From: Octopus vulgaris
Lineage: Eukaryota
NCBI GenBank assembly: GCA_951406725.2
Contig: OX597817.1
Coordinates: 130,882,001-130,946,000, forward strand
Direction of reading: 5' to 3'
DNA length: 64,000 nucleotides
Positions 1 to 12,411 of the stretch are shown here, one piece after another. The notes under the pieces were generated by a model that did not search any database, was not told the origin of the DNA, and saw only the letters and a list, made by a program, of their open reading frames with translations. Position 1 is the first letter of the stretch, and each line of letters opens with the position of its first letter. Position numbers and translations under genes: made by a program.

Positions 1-269
1 ATATTTTGTGACAACCAATATTCTGTGCGTGTATGAATATACAGATACAATACCAATATTCCACTGAACTTTTTAATACTTCCTTCTGGAAACTATCGTT
101 AACATTTTCTTGAGAATGTATATTTATGTTGTAATCTTTTGTGCCCAATATTTTAATGAACTTGTTAAACTTTTTGATGTGTTTAACATGTTCTTGTTAC
201 TAAAGACTGTATATATGTATTGTAGCATATTGTGACAACCAAAAATTAACACAACCAAACTTTTACATG

Positions 270-314
270 TTACTTTTGACAATCTTTTTCTAAAGAGTGA
301 AATCGGTAAAGTAA
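270..314 (+). ncRNA. Type I hammerhead ribozyme motif, U3-A8 core variant, near an element end abutting (TA)n at ~397
   Basis: TTACTT-TTGACAA-TCTTT(TTCT)AAAGA-GT-GAAA-TCGG-TA-AAGTAA. Stem I is 6 bp, stem II has a 2-nt bulge, stem III is near-palindromic, and the cleavage triplet is GUA. Confidence 0.65.
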
Positions 315-395
315 ATAAACATCTTTTAAAATTGCATTTTCAAACCTTCTTTCGTATATAATTACATTCGTGCGGTACCTCACAACTCCACTTTG

Positions 396-446
<51 letters not shown>

Positions 447-453
447 CATACAT

Positions 454-2587
454 TGTTACGTTCATATCTATGTGTATACGTAGGTATACATATGTATGAA
501 TACATCCCCACTATTAGGACCATTTTGTTAAGCGCATCTAGTAAACAGTGTCTAAGGCGCAAACGCACAGTATGTATCACTCCGCTATACAAATACAGTT
601 TGTAAACATGCCAAGTAAATAAACATGTAGAATCATAATAACGCTTTCAGTGAGTTGTTTATTATCCCAACACGAACCAAAAGAATGCATAGCATGGTGG
701 CAGCGATAAATATTTAATCGAAAACCGTGCCTTTACAACAAAACAGGAACACAACAAACATGAAATTTAACAAACTGAATATCACTTCGTCTTCGGAAAC
801 ACACACGAGGATCTGAAATGGCAGCCCTCATCACTGTACAGATGAATCTACGTCCGACCATGAATTGGAACGCCGATGATATCGTGGAAGCGTTCAAGAA
901 ATTCAAACAGAAAACTCAACTGGCTTTCAAAATCTTCCTTTAAGGTACAACTGCCGATGAAAAGGTAAGCTATATCATTTTATGGAGAGAAGGGCCTAGA
1001 CCTATTCAATAGTTGGGACATATCAGAATCGTATTGCAATTTTCTTTCCATTTGAAAGGCAGCTAGAGCCCAGATCAAACCATAGAATTAATAGGTATGA
1101 ATTCCAGGGCCTGAAACAAGACCCACAAAAAACGATTGACAACTTCCTGTCCAGACTAAAGAATGTTGCCAAGAAATGCAGATTTAAAGGCAAGGACGAA
1201 AGGATTGTTGATCAACTTATATAGGGGTGTGCTCATAAAGAAGTCCAGAAATCCCTCATAGGTAAGGACGCTCTCCAGTTGATAGAAGCAGTAGATAGTG
1301 CAAGAGCATTCGAAGCCACTACAAAACAAATGGCCTTACTTTACAAACAAACACAATAGTCAGCAGTGTAGATATTGTAACTAGACATAGGATTAAACAT
1401 GCCCACAAACAGAGTATACGCCAGTACTGTGCTACAGAGCATGAGTTCAATGACCGGAAGAAATGTCCTGCATTTGGTACAAACTGCAAAGCATGTGGAA
1501 AGCCCAAGCACTGGTAAAATATGTGTAGACTAACAAAATCTCACAAGTACAAGCCCCAATTTTCAAAGAGGAGCGGAAAGAGAATACAAAGAGATATACA
1601 TGCCCAACAACAGGAAGAAAACGTCTCAGAGGAGGAATTCTTGGCAGTCGGAACAATAAATGTACATGAGATGGGATGTAACAACCAGAAAAAAATGAGG
1701 CATACACAACAATACAAATACAAAAGAAGTCAGGCAAGAAACGTATAAACATTGACTTAAAGTTAAAGATTGATACTGGAACCCAGTAGCAGGATTCCAC
1801 AACTGGGCAAAATAACCATTACAGGGACGCACAAAGGAAAAATATTCAAGTGTTCTTTTTATGTCACAAGAATAAAAGGACCTGCAATTCTTCGACTTAA
1901 TACCTGTCAAAAGCTTAATATTGTGTAAATCAACGGTGAAGTGAAAGCAGCTCCGAGCAGGATTGACAGAGATATGCCTATCAAAGACCGACCACCAATC
2001 ACAAATAAAGAAGAACTGATAAGCATGTACCCAGAATGCTTTGACGATACAGTCGGCTGTTTTGAGAAATGTCGATACCATATAACATTCGACCCCAACT
2101 TCAAGCCAATTGTTTACTCTCCTCGCCTCTAGAATTAAAAGAGAAGCTGAAGGCAGAGTTAGACTGAATGGAAAAAAAGAAATAATCGCTAAAGTAACAC
2201 GACCGACTGACTGGGAGAATTAAATTGTAATCCAAGAAAAGCCCACTGGTACCCTACGGATATGCCTCGACCCAAGGGATCTGAACAAGGCATTAAAACG
2301 AGATTACCATCCAATTCCAACCCGTGAAGAAATCACACCATCATTAGCTGGATCCAAGTTATTCAGCAAACTGGATGCCAGTAATGGGTACTGGAATGTA
2401 ATGATAACTATACATTCATGATAACTATACATTCAACACACCATTTGGCAAATACCGATTCAACCGACTCCGATTTGGATGTCGTCTGCTATCCCAATTG
2501 CTCCCTTGCAGCCTTGGTAGGTCTCATCTATTTGGCGTTGGATAACATCTTGGCTCATCTTCAATCCAAATGGGAGTCGGTTGGAAT
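454..2587 (+). mobile_element. Decayed Ty3/Gypsy LTR retrotransposon (5' LTR, PBS, gag, protease, partial RT)
   Basis: TG...CA LTR-like segment at 454-694, followed by a PBS. Gag starts at ~818 (MAALITVQMNLRPTMNW) and has a zinc knuckle (CPAFGTNCKACGKPKHW). Protease LKIDTG; RT LRICLDPRDLNKAL...FSKLDASNGYW; inverted tail LPFGLKMSQD...IADDI. Multiple stops and frameshifts. Confidence 0.85.
695..705 (+). promoter_or_regulatory. Primer-binding site (tRNA-Leu-like)
   Basis: TGGTGGCAGCG lies directly after the LTR-terminal CA and is complementary to a tRNA 3' end ...CGCTGCCACCA. Confidence 0.7.
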
Positions 2588-3139
2588 TGTATGTATGTAT
2601 GTATGTATGTATGTATGTATGTATGTATGTATGTATGTATGTATGTATGTATGTATACATGATATCTGTTATATTTTGGTTAATCTCATAAAGACCTTGT
2701 TTCATCTGACCATTAAAGATATTATCAGTGGTGGTGGTCAGTTGGACTATCAACGCCGCTAATATCGTCAACATGATCAATATACAATTCCTTCACTAAC
2801 ACAATGGTTTTGTAGAACATGTGATTAACTTTATCCCCATTATTTCATTGGTACCTTAATAATATTTATATAAAATAGATCAATAAAATACTAGAGTGTA
2901 TATAATATGTATTTGTTAACTAACCTGGGACAGCATCAAAGTTAACACATCATAGCGTTTGCTGAAATTAATGGAAGAGGAAAAGAAAACATGAAAATAC
3001 AAACATCACAGAGATTGAGATAATAAATAATTATTAGGTCATTAAAAAAACAAATGTATTAGGTCATTATAACCTAATTACAGCAATTAGATACTCACCC
3101 AGAGAGATCCGTCACCTCGATTTTATATCCCAAATCACG

Positions 3140-4350
3140 CACCACATCCGTCACATTGCGGGCTCAGAATATTCCAGCAGACGCATAATCCAAACTTCTC
3201 GTTTCTGCTTTAACTCCTGCTTCATTGGATTTGGTTACCTTGACTTCCGACCAACCTCACTAAGTTCAATTGACACCTCATCACCTGAGTTTTCGCATTG
3301 TCAGTTCGAATACTTACCCCCATCAACAGCGGATGGTAATATCCTTTGCCATGTATCCACCGGATCACCGTGACCATTCATTCCCCTGAGTCATTGTCGG
3401 ATAGTTTTCGATGTTTTGCATTCCTTATCGCACCCAGGAATTTCTGCCTCTCCCAAGCTCATCACAGCTCGCGTTTTTTCTGGCAAGACATGCGCCAAAA
3501 CATCACCACCTGGGCTCGTTCCAATACTCAGTGCAAGCGTTCTAAGATCCATCAATATAGACGTGCTCCATTGGGAAAATTCGATCAAGCGGACACTCGC
3601 TATTTCCACATACACATCAACCTAGTTGGTCTTTGGCCCGTCATTGGTGGATATATGTCTATGCTAACCTGTGTTGACCGGTTTTCTTGTTGGCCAGAGG
3701 CCATACGCTTGGTCTACATTTCTGCCGAGACCGTAGTTGGCGCTTTAGTATCAGGCTGGATAACTTGTTTTGGTCTTCCCTCAAGGATCACCACCGGTCG
3801 AGGGCGGCAGTTTGAGTTCAGTGTTTTCCGAGAACTGTCACGCTTTTTGGGAGTGCAACATCTGCACACGACCAGCTTCCACCCGGCTTCTAAAGGGATG
3901 GTGGAACTATTCCACCTTCAGCTAAAAGCAGCCCTGGGTGCATCACCACGGGTACCTACCTATCGTCCTTTTAGGTTGTCGGTCCTCCGTTAAAGTGGAT
4001 ATGGGTTTTACTTCCGCTGAGCTACTTTATGGAGTACCGTTATCTTTGCCTGGTCAGCTGTTTGCCTGGCACCAACAGACACATCTAACCAAAATCTATG
4101 TACGTCAACCGAATGCGGTCGTACTTTGCAAATATTCAACCTACGAACATCGTCCTCAAACAGAGTAATTTGCACCCCCCGAACAACATTGCTTCGTGGA
4201 CCCACGTCTCCTTACAAAATGGCTCTGTGGGGGTCACCTCACACTACCATATAAAGGACCTTATCGAGTCCTCACACAAACTGACAAACGTTTCATTATA
4301 GACGTTAAGGGAAGAAAAGAAACTGTTTGTATACAGACTTGAAAAGGTGT
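3140..4350 (+). mobile_element. Gypsy integrase remnant (second family)
   Basis: HSLSHPGISAS (HHCC region), LTCVDRFSCWPEA, ITTGRGRQFE, TTSFHPASKGMVE; frameshifted. Confidence 0.85.
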
Positions 4351-5287
4351 TTTCTGATACTCATATCCGGAATTTGGAAAAATCTCTGCTCCAAATTAAT
4401 TGACAATTTTCAAGGATTTGATGGTCTTCATGAATGTATGTATGTATAATAGTTAAGAAGGCAAGAAGACAGGTGTATAATACATACATAGAATAAGTGA
4501 TGAGAGCAGACCAAGAACCTAAAATTGATTGTCAAATGAAGGGATACATAATCTGTGCAAATAAAAGTTGAATATAGGTAATGTATCAGCTGAACTAATG
4601 AAAATATACTAAAATAGATGTTCTGATAGCTGCTTAGTATCAAACCGTTTATATTAATAATAAAGTGAACATAAAATGAAATAAATTCAGTAGAAAAAAA
4701 TCCCCAAAAGACTGCTGTATGGAATTTCGTAGTGATACCTCATAGACAGGTAAAAACCCTGATTTTTATGAGCATGGTATAAATGATTCTGTATCTTTGC
4801 AGTGACACATAATTGGAAGATCTTGGTGGGTGTAGCACCTAGTTTGGGGCTGAAATCCTTACCAAACTCACACACTGAATGCCATAACACCTGCGAACAG
4901 GTGAGGTCATCAACATCCCCTTGCCGGCTTGGCAGATGGTCAACAGCGACGCCTGCTGGACTCGGCTTCTCCACATTGATAAGGTGGAAATACTCTGAAA
5001 CCGGTCTGTGGTTGCAAAGCCAGCAAGGGAAAGAAAGGTGATGACCTGCCTGTTGGAAGGTGTTATGGACGCAGAAATGTGGGACAAAAAGAAAAAGTTT
5101 TCTTTGCTAATGTGCTGAAAAATAGAGGCTAAATCGTCTAACCACATAAAATATTATTAGTTTTATTATTACACCACTTGTCGAAACGAGGAAAGCAAGC
5201 TACCAGAAATTCATAAAATATAGTTATCCCCGTATCTGTTCCGATTTTTGGATTAATCCAAAAAGGATTATTCCTTCATCAACGAGG

Positions 5288-5346
<59 letters not shown>

Positions 5347-5791
5347 GACAGTATACATGAATGTATAGATAAGTACATTAAAAGGCTTCCAATAAAGAAG
5401 CAAGTGCTTATTTTTATTACCCTTTTTACTATGTTTTAAATTTTGCTCGATAAATTTGCTCTTAAATTTTACCGGTATGCTCTCTGTTTGCGTTTGCGTC
5501 TGCGCACTGGTCTGAAAAGTTAGAGTATACAAATCGTTAGATGTACTTCTAGCGATATGTATAGCTTGGATTTTAAAGGCTTCTTGCTGACGAGTTTGGC
5601 CTTGGCAGATGAATTCTATCCATTTGCTAAAAAAAAGACGAAACTGCAGTACAAGATGGGCTGTGATGGTAAACGTTTTTCATTTTCTTTCCATTTCATG
5701 AATTTATCCACTCTTTGTGTATCTAGCACTTGCTTCTTTATTGGAAGCCTTTTAATGTACTTATATATGAATAACCCATAGTCTAATGACT

Positions 5792-6023
5792 ACTCTTTTA
5801 CTCTCTTTTACTCTTTCACTTGTTTCAGTCATTTGACTGCGGCCATGCTGGAGCACCGCCTTTAGTCGAGCAAATCGACCCCGGGACTTATTCTTTGTAA
5901 GCCCAGTACTTATTCTATCGGTCTCTTTTGCTGAACCGCTAAGTGACGGGGACGTAAACACACCAGCACCGGTTGTCAAGCAATGCTAGAGGGACAAACA
6001 CAGACACACAAACATATACAAAC

Positions 6024-6087
<64 letters not shown>

Positions 6088-6268
6088 ATATATATACATA
6101 TATACGACAGGCTTCTTTCAGTTTTCCGTCTACCAAATCCACTCACAAGGCTTTGGTCAGCCCGAGGCTATAGCAGAAGACACTTGCCCAAGGTGCCACT
6201 AAGTGGGACTGAACCCAGAACCATGTGGTTGGTTAGCAAGCTACTTACCACACAGCCACGCCTACACC
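5792..6268 (-). mobile_element. tRNA-derived SINE with internal (TA)n (octopus-type family A)
   Basis: On -: A-box-like TGGCTGTGTGG, B-box-like GGTTCAGTCCC, CCTTGGGCAAGT core, internal microsatellite and an AAAGAG-rich tail. Homologous copies at 10392, 19623 and 57212. Confidence 0.85.
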
Positions 6269-6880
6269 TACTAATTCGTCTTTTGTGCTAGGTCGCTGGT
6301 AATAATAATTTATTTTTATTTTTATTACACTTTTTACTATGTTTGAATGTATAGATAGATAACTTGATGGATTTGTGTGAATGCATACGTACTTGGGTTT
6401 CTGCTAACATTTCAACTGAGATTTAGAATTGTCAAAAAAATTGAAACGAAATAGTGAGTCACTATTTGAATGAATGTTTCATTGTGCAAGAAATAGGATT
6501 TAAGTAATTAACTGTGTATATGTGTATATATGCATATAAATATGAGTATTTGATTCTGTATTTGTGAATGTATATAATTCTATATGTAAATAATGTAGTT
6601 GTGCGTATATGCAGGTGTGTATGTCGGACTTACTGTATTTATTTAGACGTGAATAATAGTTTTAATACGGCCGTTCTTTTGTGTGATATACAAAAGAAAT
6701 TTGAAAAGAGTTGTTTGTGGCCGAAATAGAAATTTAAGGACATTTAAGGTGTGTTGTTATACATGAATGCATATTTGTAACAAAATAGAATATCAGATCC
6801 GGGTTTTCTTTCGTGAGAAATTTTACCAGATATACATACATACATACATACATACATACATACATACATACATACATACA

Positions 6881-6911
<31 letters not shown>

Positions 6912-7650
6912 TTTTATGCATATATAAATATATATCGTGGTTTCGATTCCCGGATCGGGCGCTATGTGGTGTTCTTGAGCAAAAATGCTTCATTTTGCGT
7001 TGTTCTGCGATTATATCGTCCTGTGGTATGTGACACATCATTACAAATATTTCTTGAGCCGTATGACTCATCAGACCGATCTCCTGTTTCCTTGGCACGC
7101 AAATGACTGAGGACATAACATAACCCTAAATGGCATTCTGTTCCGTTGTAGGGTTTAAATCCAGCAATTTTGAGGAAAGTTTACAAGATTCTTGCCTTAA
7201 ACTTTGCACTTGACTGGTAATACGTTTTATCGGCACAAAAAATAAAATTGAAAGTCAACCGTGAGAAGATTTGATCTCAGAACGTAAAGGGTTTGGGGAA
7301 AATACTATGAAACATTTTACCAGCATTTTAATTTTTTCAGTTTACCGAACTTGGATACAGGAGATTTTTACAACCTTCGACGTCAAGTAACCACTATTGT
7401 TCCACTATTGCTCGAAGCTTACTATTTTCCTACACCTTGATCCTTGGATCTTACATATTACGGTATATATATGTATATATATATATGTGTGTGTGTGTAT
7501 ATGTATGTATATATTCCAACAGAACATCTGATGAAACCTGGAAAGTTGTGATAACAACAGAAAAGATGAGGACACATATCCGTCCATTATAAATAATTTT
7601 CTCCTCTAATATTTAACTTTATATGTAAAGCGGCAACGTAACTTAACTTA

Positions 7651-7699
<49 letters not shown>

Positions 7700-8100
7700 G
7701 AGAGAGAGAGATGGAGATATAAAGAGAGAGTTGTAGAATATTGTATATATATAGAGAGAGAATGACAGAGATATAATTAAGCCAACAGAAAGGGAGAGAG
7801 AGAAAGATAGAATAAGAGAGAGAAAGGGAGAGAATAAAACATGCATAATTTTAGTATACCTGTAATAAAACACCTGTCTCTTTCTGATCAGTCTGTGTTT
7901 CTTTTCTTTTTACCCTTTCTCATTCACTGTCTCTTCCAGCAAAGAAAAACATTGTGAAAGACATCCCAGATACTAGAAATAACAGCAGAATCACGCCTAA
8001 GCGTAGCAGAAAGAATTCCACAGATAAAAGAACGAAACAAAGAGTTACAGTGTGACAGTGTGCATAATGCTTATATATAGAAACTATACTAAAACATACG

Positions 8101-8150
<50 letters not shown>

Positions 8151-8274
8151 AACACATATATATATATGTGTGAGTGTGTGTGTGCTTAGAATGACAAATT
8201 TATGAGTGAATATACCTATACCTACGTATGCATATATGTAGGTATGTATGTATGTATGTATGTGCATACGTATG

Positions 8275-8630
8275 CGCAAGACCCTGCCTCAGTAAAGCTG
8301 GACTCAAGAGTCATCTTCGTCGTCATAAAACGAGACCGGTGATTGACTACCAGGCCGCTGGTGGTGGTGTTACACACCATACTAATAGTATCTGTAAGGC
8401 ATGGGGAAGGGAATGTGATTCGGCGGGAGGACTTATACGACATGCAAAGGTATAAGAAACCCAGTTACAACTACAGCCGGCTGTTGCCAGTAAAGGTTTT
8501 AGCAGCCAATTCTGTACAAGACATTGTAGATCTTTAGCTGGTCTAAAAATTCATATTCAATCACCGCACCGTTAACAGGTAAGCCTCGTACAATGGCCAT
8601 ACTGGTGTAATGTGTTTTGAATGGCACAAC
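8275..8630 (+). mobile_element. 3' fragment of an RTE-like LINE with C2H2 finger remnants
   Basis: RPCLSKAGLKSHLRRH and CKAWGRECDSAGGLIRHAK resemble the C-terminal fingers of RTE ORFs. Confidence 0.45.
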
Positions 8631-8675
8631 AACTATGGACTATAATAACTGTTATATTTTAATCATCCATAGTCT

Positions 8676-8717
8676 GATATAATATTTCGGAACATAAAAA
8701 TCCCTTCTTCAGAAATC
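8676..8717 (-). ncRNA. Minimal type I hammerhead (inverted copy of 8824-8865)
   Basis: On -: GATTT-CTGAAGA-A-GGGAT(TTTTAT)GTTCC-GAAA-TA-TT-ATATC. The stem II changes retain G-U pairing. Confidence 0.7.
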
Positions 8718-8823
8718 CACAGGAAATGATCGAGTCATTGCTATAATCGATTTTCCAAACGTAAAAAAAATTTTAAAAACTTTTGGAAAATCGATTATAG
8801 CAGTGACTCGATCAATTTCTAGG

Positions 8824-8865
8824 GATATCTGAAGAAGGAATTTTTATATTCCGAAATATTATATC
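8824..8865 (+). ncRNA. Minimal type I hammerhead ribozyme
   Basis: GATAT-CTGAAGA-A-GGAAT(TTTTAT)ATTCC-GAAA-TA-TT-ATATC. Perfect stems I and II, intact core, palindromic AATATT stem III. Confidence 0.85.
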
Positions 8866-8912
8866 AGAATATGGATGATTAAATTATAACAGTTATTATA
8901 GTCCATAATATT

Positions 8913-8973
8913 TCCTACTGATGATTAGAAAGGGTATTTAAAAACTCAAACACTGAAATCTATAGATTTAGGA
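8913..8973 (+). ncRNA. Type I hammerhead ribozyme motif
   Basis: TCCTA-CTGATGA-[30 nt, weak stem II]-GAAA-TCTATAGA-TT-TAGGA. Stem I is 5 bp and stem III is the perfect palindrome ATCTATAGAT. Confidence 0.75.
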
Positions 8974-9139
8974 CTAGCCAAGTTATTTTATAAATCTTTG
9001 CTGTCTATTTTTCCACGCTTTGTGTAATGGAGCAATAATCTAAGTAGTTCATAGACCATTTGGGGTCTATCACTAGCAGACAGCACCCTTATTATATTTT
9101 TAAAAACATACATATATACATTTCAATATATTACTAGTG

Positions 9140-9514
9140 CACTCCGTCCGTTAAGACGACAAGGGTTTCAATTGTTGAGATCAACGGAACAGCCTGCTCG
9201 TGAAATTAACGTGCAGGTGGCTGAGCACTCCACAGACACATGTACCCTTAACGTAGTTCTTGGGGAGATTCAGCGTGACACAGAGTGTGACAAGGCTGGT
9301 CCTTTGAAATACAGGTACAACAGAAACAGGAAGAAAGTGTGTGAGAATGTTGTGGTGAAAGAGTACAGTAGGGTTCACCAAATCCCCCTGGCGGATCCTC
9401 GTGTAGTTTTAGGTGTTTTTGCTCAATAAACACTGACAACGCCTGGTCTGGGAATCGAAACTGCAATCCTATGACTGTGAGACCAATGCCATAACCACAG
9501 GTCTGTTGCGCCTC
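9140..9514 (-). mobile_element. tRNA-derived SINE (family B head)
   Basis: On -: B-box-like GTTTCGATTCCC followed by GTGTTTATTGAGCAAAAACAC, shared with 16626-16932. Confidence 0.7.
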
Positions 9515-9837
9515 TACATATCAGGCCGAGTTGGAGCAAATATCAGAATTGAACAGCCGAAATTTGCTATGATGATTCGGTGTCTGACTGAAGATTGAAG
9601 GCTTCGAATGATTTGTCTGTGTTCCGTGTTTGTCCCTTCCTGTATTTCACGTTCTTTATATATAAAACATTTATTCTTATATTACTGCGGCGTTACGTGC
9701 ACCCCCCGTTTGTTTATATATATATATATATATTTATAGTTAATACAAACATGAAAACAACGACAAAAGAGAAAAATGTGAGGACGTGGAACAAGTATAA
9801 TGTTACTGGACGCTCAGGAAAGGAAAGGAAGAAGGAG

Positions 9838-9872
9838 GATTAACGTTTCGAGAGGAGCACTTCGTCAGGAAC
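9838..9872 (-). ncRNA. Hammerhead motif in a short PLE-end element (~9738-9940); same family as 24717
   Basis: On -: GTTC-CTGACGA-A-GTGC(TCC)TCTC-GAAA-CG-TT-AATC. Core intact, stems partly decayed. Confidence 0.65.
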
Positions 9873-10028
9873 ATAGGAAAAGGAAAGATCCGAGGAAGGG
9901 AAGACGGAGGAAAAATCGCCAACGATACACAGACCGTCACGCACACACACACATACACACACGTATATGTGTATATATTCATACATATACATACAAATAT
10001 ACACACATATACATAAAACACACACACA

Positions 10029-10094
<66 letters not shown>

Positions 10095-10391
10095 ACTATA
10101 CACACACATTTATATATGCCTAAAAGTGAGTGAGTGTTTGCTTGTGTTTGCTTGTCTTGACAAAGCGTAATATTTGTAAATGAGTGTCCCTGTCATACCA
10201 GCAGTGTCATTTATTCCAATATTCTTCAAAAACACAAGGAATATTACCTTGCTTGGAAACAGGTGTGGTTTGGTGACAGGAAGGATAAAAGTCATGGAAA
10301 ATCCACCTCAAACTCTACCCAACCCTCACAAACATGAACAAGCAAACATTAAAACAATGTTGTTGTGATGAAAACCTAAAAATTTCACATA

Positions 10392-10797
10392 GGCGTAGGA
10401 GTGGCTGTGTTGCTAGCTTAGCAATCACATGGTTCCGGATTCGGTCCCACTGCGTGGCACCTTGTGCAAGTGTCTTTTACTATAGCGTCGGGCTGACCAA
10501 AGACTTGTGAGCGGATTTGGTAGACGGAAACTGAAAGAATCCCGTCGTATATATGTATATATATGTATGTGTGTGTGTATGCTTGTGTGTCTGTGTTTGT
10601 CCCGCAACATCGCTTGACAACCTATGCTAGTGTATTTACGTCCCCGTAACTTAGCGTTTCGGCAAAAAAGACCGATAGAATAAGTACTAGGCCTACAAAG
10701 AATACGTCTTGTGGTCGATTTGCTCGACTAAAGGCGGTGCTCCAGCATGGCCATATTCAAATGACTGAAACAAGTAAAAAAGTATAGAGCAAAAGAG
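10392..10797 (+). mobile_element. SINE family A copy
   Basis: Same head, core, internal microsatellite and tail as 5792-6268. Confidence 0.85.
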
Positions 10798-11149
10798 AGA
10801 GTGTTTATATCAATATACTAATCTAAGCATACTTTAGCTTAGTTAAAATATGTTTGTCATATATTTAAACTTCTAAAGACAAACTTTGCAGTCAACGTCT
10901 CTTATAGAAAAAAGGTGTAAACCACCAAAGCTGTCAACTGCTTCCCCTACAAGACTCCCAAAACTACGGTACGGGAGAAGCTGCTGAGATGGAGGGTTTC
11001 TTGAGAGAGAACAAGGAGTGGTTTGTTGAAAACGATGAAGAAATACATTAACTTCTCCACCAGAATCATATTTGTCACCAAAGAATACTCATCAACGCCA
11101 ACATCCAGATAAACAAGTCTGCCAATAATTCTGCCTTTAGATATCTCCA

Positions 11150-11740
11150 ACAGAAACTGTGGCACATCCCGAACAATTGGTGGGAAGCAAGAGACAATGC
11201 TACGTCATGCTAACCAGGGAGACATCAAATTCTTATATGAGGCACTTCACACAATTAGCGGCCCCACCTACCAAACTCAAGCCCGTTTGTGCTCTGTTGA
11301 TGGAATGGTTCTGCCGACGGAGAATAATGAGATTTTGTATCACAGGAATGAAAACTACGCATGTTCGGAGACACATGCGTAGTGCAAGCAACGTCCATTA
11401 GCAGAATACTACAGCAAGTGGAGGAAACAGAGCTGGACCATCCACTCTCTATAGGCGAGGTCAAGGCAGTAATTGCTAAGCTGAGAACTCTCAAGAGTGT
11501 GGTGGTAGTGGTCATTCAGCTGAGGTATACAAGCATGGCTGGGGTTGACTTCTTCAGAAGGTCACTGACCACTTCACATTGTAGAGGGAGAGAGGGGAAA
11601 TTCTAAGTGATCTTTGCAATACCGATATAATGTCTTTGCATAAGTAATAACAGGACTACAACTACGGAGGCATCATGCTGCTTTCAATTATAGACAAGTT
11701 ACTGGTGTGTATTTCTTTTAGAAAGAGGCATTGCGACATT
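11150..11740 (+). mobile_element. Decayed RTE-clade LINE fragment
   Basis: DIKFLYEALHTISGP...LCSVDG, ELDHPLSIGEVKAVIAKL, NYGGIMLLSIIDKL. Confidence 0.6.
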
Positions 11741-11839
11741 GCTGATATGTTTTTATGTGTGTATAATGTTTAATCTTTAATTTTAAAATTGCTTCAGCTT
11801 CAGAGCTACGGTCATGCTGGGGCACCAACGTTGACCGTG

Positions 11840-12411
11840 TTACACTATTATTTGAACCATCCTTTGATATGTAGCATTTGGTAAATGAGGGAGTTTAATG
11901 CCACTGCCCTCATCTGTGTTTCCGGCCGTGAGGTAGGCTCATCTGGAAGTCTTGAAGGAGGAGATCCGGTTTTGTTTGGAAGACACCTACATCCATACCA
12001 TGCACGTCCCTCAGGTATTTTGGAAGGATATTGAAGAGCTGTGGGCCCTTGAAATCCACGCTATTGCAGCATCTAGTCCTGTATTTTGATAGAAATTCTG
12101 GGATCATTAGCACTATGCAGTGGCGCCCCGTTCTGCTGTTTGTGTAACTTTGAATGCCAAAGTTTGGTACAAGGCCTTCCGGGATATTCCAGATGTATAT
12201 CACTGCATATCTTTCCCGCCTTCATTCTAGAGAAAAGAGTTCTAATTCTTTCAGTGTTTCCCAGTAGCTGATACGTTGTATTGAGTTGATTCTCTTTGGA
12301 TTGCTTCGAGTTCTGCCGTTAATTTTATATTGTGTGATGACCATAGTAGGGAGTAGTAGTCCAAGCGGCTGAGTAGCCATACTTGCTAGCTATGTAGATG
12401 ACACAAAAGTA
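11840..12411 (-). mobile_element. CR1-like LINE 3' fragment with short inverted 5' piece
   Basis: IYIWNIPEGLVPNFGI...FKGPQLFNILPK, homologous to 17577-18071. Bases 12376-12411 read AILASYVDDTKV on +. Confidence 0.8.

Larger units (their letters stand above)
8634..8907. repeat. ~270-bp fold-back palindrome at the 5' side of an HHR-bearing element (element extends to ~9105 on +)
   Basis: Arms TATGGACTATAATAAC...TTTTCCAAA and TTTGGAAAA...GTTATTATAGTCCATA are near-perfect reverse complements. The spacer is ~8760-8781. Confidence 0.95.

Noticed and set aside
7514-7570. CTGATGA motif next to a TA/TG array as a hammerhead
   Set aside because: No convincing stem II-GAAA-stem III-UH can be built; at best a deleted relic.
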